Below, piece after piece: positions 39,443 through 44,267 of a stretch of 44,267 bases of DNA. Each line of letters begins with the position of its first letter. Position 1 is the stretch's first letter. The notes under the pieces are model-generated. The model was not told the origin of the DNA. It was given only the letters and a program-made list of their open reading frames with translations, and did not search any database. The DNA is from Octopus sinensis. Lineage: Eukaryota. Where the stretch lies: positions 1 through 44,267 of the forward strand of contig NW_021834924.1 in the NCBI RefSeq assembly GCF_006345805.1, in the 5' to 3' direction. Position numbers and translations under genes: made by a program.

Positions 39443-39988
39443 GTAATTAAGAAAAAACAACGGACAATAATAGCACAATTGTAATATCGTGTGTACATAC
39501 GTTCAAATGGTACTGTATGAGGAGTGGGGCCCATGCAGCCATTTCATTTTTCATTTTTATATAATATTCCTCCTCATTCGTTTTATGTTTATTGCCCCCG
39601 CTGTGGAGTTGTGTCTGTCCTTGTTATGTCCACTCTTTGCCTATAATACAGATTTAACATTACCAATCTACTAATCTGGCTGCAATTAAAGATTACTGAT
39701 CGATAAATGGGGATGGTAAACATTAACGTCTAAGAACCTTAGGGATATTGGAATTTAAAAACATACCTTCGCCCTGCAAAAAACTATCACTACAAGAATC
39801 GTAAGAAAGTGTAAGATTTTACTCTGTAGTGAAGAAGCCCCCTTTCTATGTACGTAGTTTCTTATTCAATGGCACCGGGCGGCAGCTCGGCCTAGTGTTT
39901 TCTACTATAGGCTCAGCGCCATAAGTTAAATTTTTTTGCATGTGAACAACTCACATTTGGCTCAGTTTTTTTGGCAATACTGCCGAAT

Positions 39989-40145
39989 GCAGGAGTGGCC
40001 TTGTGGTAAGCAGCTTGCTTACCAATCACACATGGTTCAGAGTTCAGTCCCACTGCGTTGCACCTAGGGTACGTGTCTTCTACTTCGGCCGACCGAAGAC
40101 TTGTGAGCGGATTTGGTATACCGAAACCGAAAGGAGCCTGTCGTG
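39989..40145 (+). mobile_element. 5' half of SINE (28771 family), ending in (TA)n
   Basis: gcaggagtggccttgtggtaagcagcttgcttaccaatcacacatggttcagagttcagtcccactgcg...gaaaggagcctgtcgt. Confidence 0.88.
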
Positions 40146-40162
40146 TATATATATATATATAA

Positions 40163-40198
<36 letters not shown>

Positions 40199-40200
40199 TC

Positions 40201-40244
<44 letters not shown>

Positions 40245-40285
40245 TAATCATATATATATATATATATATATATAATAATAATATT

Positions 40286-40541
40286 AGGGAATAAATCCAA
40301 ACTTACAGGGAAAAATTTGATTTAGGATTAAATCCAATATTATAGTATAAATATATTATATTATTTATATAAAATTAGATATATATATAATTTTCTAGAT
40401 GGTGTAATTTAATTGTTCATTTTGAATTGATAAAAGGTGTTCTTTTTCTAATTGTTATGTATATATTATATTGTGTGAAATTTGATTTAGTATTTCTAAA
40501 TTGAATTTTTTCCCCTGTAAGTTAGATTAATATTCCCTCAA

Positions 40542-40572
<31 letters not shown>

Positions 40573-40635
40573 TAGAAAAAAAGCACCTTTTATCAATTCA
40601 AAATGAATAATTAAATTACACCATCTAGAAAATTA
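40286..40635. repeat. AT-rich repeat inserted in inverted orientation into a related copy (interleaved inverted repeats)
   Basis: 40286-40317 pairs with ~40504-40538; 40388-40452 pairs with 40571-40635. Confidence 0.8.
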
Positions 40636-41129
40636 CATATAATAGAAAAGTTAAAATTAAAACAACAATTAAAAAGTAAAGATTAAGTAAATTGATTCAG
40701 TATTTGCTTGTAAGTTTGTGCATGGATTGTGCCTCTAATGCCAAAAAGCACGCTCGCCAAAAAAAAATGGTTATCAAGTCATCGTAATGAGATCAGCGGC
40801 GCCTAAACAGCTACGCCAGTTCGACTCATGGAATTATCGCATGGGATTAGTGCTACTTTTCTGCTTCCATAAGTCCATCAGAAATGTATCTCATAATGAG
40901 TCACCTATAGATTTCAAATGAAGTAATTAGTGATTTTCTTACTAATTTTCCCGCTGTAACTAATCTTATAAAATGACTGCATTATTAATTCTTATCTCCT
41001 TCGAAGTATATTTAAGTGTGAACCCTATCTTATCAACCTGGCTGCCGGGTGGCGAGGGTTCAAGGATCAATAGACGCTGGTGAGAATGATGAGTCAGCCC
41101 GATCAAACCAACATTCCGGTTCCTAATTT

Positions 41130-41140
41130 GGCTGCTGCTG

Positions 41141-41178
<38 letters not shown>

Positions 41179-41275
41179 GCTACTACTACTACTACTAACT
41201 ACTCCTGCTGCTACTGCTTCTGCTACTACTATTTCTATTATTGCCGCTGCTACTGCTACTTCTATTTTGCTGCTG

Positions 41276-41345
<70 letters not shown>

Positions 41346-41501
41346 CGCTCTGTTGCTACTATTGCAGCTCCTACCACGACTACTAAAGCCGACCAAACTA
41401 CTAATACTACTATTGCTGCTGCTGCTACTACAACTACTACGACGACTACTACTACTACTGCTGTTTCAGTTGCTACTACCACTACTACTTCTATTACCAC
41501 A

Positions 41502-41536
<35 letters not shown>

Positions 41537-41565
41537 AACTACAACTACTGCTGCTGCTGCTGTTA
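41130..41565. repeat. (TAC)n/(TGC)n trinucleotide array
   Basis: Seen directly. Confidence 0.93.
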
Positions 41566-41737
41566 TTTCCAAAGGAAATTATTAAAATATTCGCACCTTG
41601 AGGTGAAGGTGTCTCTGTGCAGTAAAAGGCCTTCTGCCCATACACGAAATTCCTGGTTCAGACCCATTGAGTGGTACATACATACATACATACACACATA
41701 CATACATACATAAAACTTACACACACGTATATAAGTA

Positions 41738-42058
41738 AGCGACACTCCGTCGGTTACGACGATGCGGGTTCTAGGTGATACAAGCAGCGCAAAATCCGGC
41801 TCGTGCAATTTGGCCAGCATGTGGCTGAAGGCTCCACAGACTAATGCATGCTTAACATAGTTCTCAGGGAGATTGATCATGGCACAAAACGTGACAAGGC
41901 TGGCCATTTGAAATACAAATACGTTTGCCAATTGAAAGGATTGATACAATGTGGAATAAAGTGTCTTGCTCAAGTAGACAACACGTCACAGGGAATTGAA
42001 CTCATGACATTATGAACGAGAGTCGAATACTCTAACCACTAAACCACGTGCCATCACA
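41738..42058 (-). mobile_element. tRNA-derived CORE-like SINE with a different 3' half
   Basis: Minus strand: gtggtttagtggttagagtattcg...gagttcaattccc...cttgagcaagacacttta; tail ends cgtcgtaaccgacggagtg. Confidence 0.8.
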
Positions 42059-42108
42059 CAGCGACACACATATACATACAAATATATATATGTGTTTGTG
42101 TATGTAAG

Positions 42109-42135
<27 letters not shown>

Positions 42136-42140
<5 letters not shown>

Positions 42141-42312
42141 ATCCAAACAAGAAAACACAGAAAAAAACAGCAACGCGAGGACGTGGAACAATTAAAGTAT
42201 TATTTGACGCTCAAGAAAGAAGGGAAGGAGGGTTTAACGTTTCGAGCGGAGCTCTTCGTCGGAAACAAGGAGAAGGAAAGATCCTAAGAAGGGAAGACAG
42301 AGGAAAAAAATA
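42136..42312 (-). mobile_element. Probable Penelope-like element terminal fragment
   Basis: Abuts (TA)n; related to 22147-22300; carries a hammerhead-like motif. Confidence 0.55.
42232..42266 (-). ncRNA. Minimal hammerhead ribozyme-like motif
   Basis: Minus strand GUUU-CCGACGA-A-GAGC-UCC-GCUC-GAAAC-GUU-AAAC: 4-bp stem I, core with C at position 4 and an extra A after A9, 4-bp stem II, palindromic ACGU stem III. Confidence 0.55.
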
Positions 42313-42319
42313 TTAATCC

Positions 42320-42921
42320 ATAAATAGGGGCAAACGAAAAAAATTCTAATGCCAAATATGCCGAAAAATTGGACATATTGTCCATTAACCATATAATTTT
42401 TTCACAATACGCACGCTACTCGAAAAAAGGTCGACAGAAATTTCTAAAAATTCCATTATTACCATATCGGACCGATTTCAGGTTTAGCTTATAACAGCCC
42501 TACCTTCGTCAGTGATACATGTGGCAAGAGAAATAAATGAGATACTTACTCATACCCATGGAAGAAGCGAACAATAAGTCATGAGCACAATTAAGTACCC
42601 CAAATACATCCAAAATAGAAATACTCCAGCCCATTCAAGAAACGTGCGATTTGAACTGAGGTTCTCACAGAGTGAAAGAGTCCGGAAGTGAACGCTTAAA
42701 TTTATATCTAATGTAGGATAAAATTATTTTCGAAAAAATTTCTTTTCGACAAAAATTTTATCAATGGCAAGCATATTAAAAAATACCTGTAAAGGTTAAA
42801 TTCATAAACAATTAATAAATAAGGGCAAACGAAAAGAATTCTAATGCCAAATATGCCGAAAAATTGGACATATTGTCCATTAACCATATAATGTTTTCAC
42901 AATACGCACGCTACTCGAAAA
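42320..42921 (+). repeat. 107-bp direct repeat pair
   Basis: 42320-42426 and 42815-42921 are nearly identical. Confidence 0.92.
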
Positions 42922-42960
42922 GAATTTTTTTCGAAAAAAGTTTATCCTACATTAGATATA
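42703..42960. mobile_element. MITE-like element with ~46-bp terminal inverted repeats in TA context
   Basis: tatatctaatgtaggataaaattattttcgaaaaaatttcttttcga (42703-42749) versus tcgaaaagaatttttttcgaaaaaagtttatcctacattagatata (42915-42960). Confidence 0.75.
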
Positions 42961-42991
42961 TATATATATATATTATTATATATATATATAT

Positions 42992-43031
<40 letters not shown>

Positions 43032-43114
43032 ATGTTTGTATGTATGCATATATATGCGTTGCTGTGTTATAAGGTGTTTGCTTCCAAACCACATGGCTTC
43101 AAGTTCAGTCCCAC

Positions 43115-44095
43115 GATGATATCAAAATCACACATCGCCATTACCTTTGGAGCTACGCCAATTTTTTCATAGGCCTTGACTTCCTTGATCTCCTTGGCTC
43201 TCTAAAGCTCCTCTTTGGCGCAGGGTCCTTTCTCAATATCCAGTACCCCAAACAGCCACCTGATCTCACCAGTGTTCTGGGTTGTGGGAGGTGGCTTTCC
43301 TAGTTGGATCTTGAAATGGTCCAGCCATTTACAGTTTCCTATCATCGGTACTTGTTCCGTGTAAATTTGATCAACCTCCATTTCTTCCAAACTGTGATAT
43401 CGTTGATGATGGTCCAGCTCTCTTTACACCAAAACCCGTCAACTGCACTTCCACATTTCTGATCTCCCTCAGTGTCACCTCTCTGGCCTCACTGTAAGTG
43501 ACAGAGAGATCTTTCTCCATCACCTGCACATTCTATTTCCTTTCCTCCATAGGATCGGCAAGGATCGGTCCTTGGCAGCTCTCAGGTGCTCTCTAGCTGC
43601 TCAGAAATTTTGGGTCTGGAGACTGACGTTCCTTCTCACTTTCTTTTTCTTTCTCACCAGGTCCGCAGTTGCTTCTACCACTGCTTTGGTGAAGTACCTG
43701 TACCTCCTCGTTACCCTCTCTTCAATTCTTCGAATCACTGTCACTTCTGCCTCTCGACATAAAACACTGAACCTGTTCCTCATATCTACTGTGTACTTCT
43801 CCTGTTCCTTTTCATCTTCCATGAAAGCTCCCCACTCATAGCTTGCTATCCGGGGATGACACTTACTTTTTCTTAAGCTCACTTGGATCTTACTCATAAC
43901 AGGCCGGTAGTTACTGTCCAGTGTACTATAACAGCTGCATGGTTCTGTGTTCACAACACTATTCCGCCACTTCTACCTCACCAGAATGAAATCCATGTTG
44001 GAGTTTAACAGGTGCGTATCAGAAACGTAGGGCCACCTTTTCCCTGGATTCTTCCTGAATTTGGGAAGAAACTATCATCCATGATAGTTGTTGTG
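43115..44095 (-). pseudogene. Decayed RTE-like LINE fragment (end of AP endonuclease and linker toward RT)
   Basis: MDFILVR*KWRNSVVNTEPCSCYSTLDSNYRPV resembles the APE IDxIL...SDHRPV end; downstream YTVDMRNRFSVL and KWLDHFKIQLG resemble RTE-type linkers; stops and frameshifts. Confidence 0.78.
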
Positions 44096-44129
44096 ATCCA
44101 TATATATACATACATATATACATATATGT

Positions 44130-44267
44130 GGAGGCGCGTGGCGTAGTGGTTGGGGTGTCAACACTATGATCGTAAGATTGTGGTTTCGATTCCTGGACCG
44201 GGCGACGCGTTGAGTTCTTGAGCAAATCACTTCATTTCACGTTGCTCCAGTCCACTCAGCTGGGTAC
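44130..44267 (+). mobile_element. 5' part of tRNA-derived CORE-like SINE (cut by the window end)
   Basis: ggaggcgcgtggcgtagtggtt (A box), gtttcgattcc (B box), ttcttgagcaaatcacttcatttcacgttgctccagtccactcagctg. Confidence 0.88.

Overview
AT-rich, repeat-saturated eukaryotic non-coding DNA. The SINE sequences and microsatellite load resemble an Octopus/coleoid cephalopod genome (inference from recall, not searched). I find no credible host protein-coding gene: almost every ORF in the track is a translation of (TA)n, (TAA)n, (GGT)n, (GAT)n or (CT)n microsatellites. Real content: many tRNA-derived SINEs from several families (three with exact target-site duplications); decayed retroelement fragments (CR1-type RT, R4/Dong-like ORF, Gypsy RNase H, RTE-like LINE, and a probable L1/Tx1-like 3' end inside a (TCTA)n tract); non-autonomous Helitron-like elements; a MITE; a 269-bp tandem array; and several fold-backs. 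Best leads: (i) a SINE subfamily whose ~47-nt tail matches the LINE-like 3' end in this window and which occurs as head-to-tail multimers sharing one junction at separate loci; (ii) minimal hammerhead-ribozyme-like motifs in Penelope-like termini; (iii) a 52-bp near-perfect hairpin with a single A-C mismatch. None is shown to be novel; each needs a database check.
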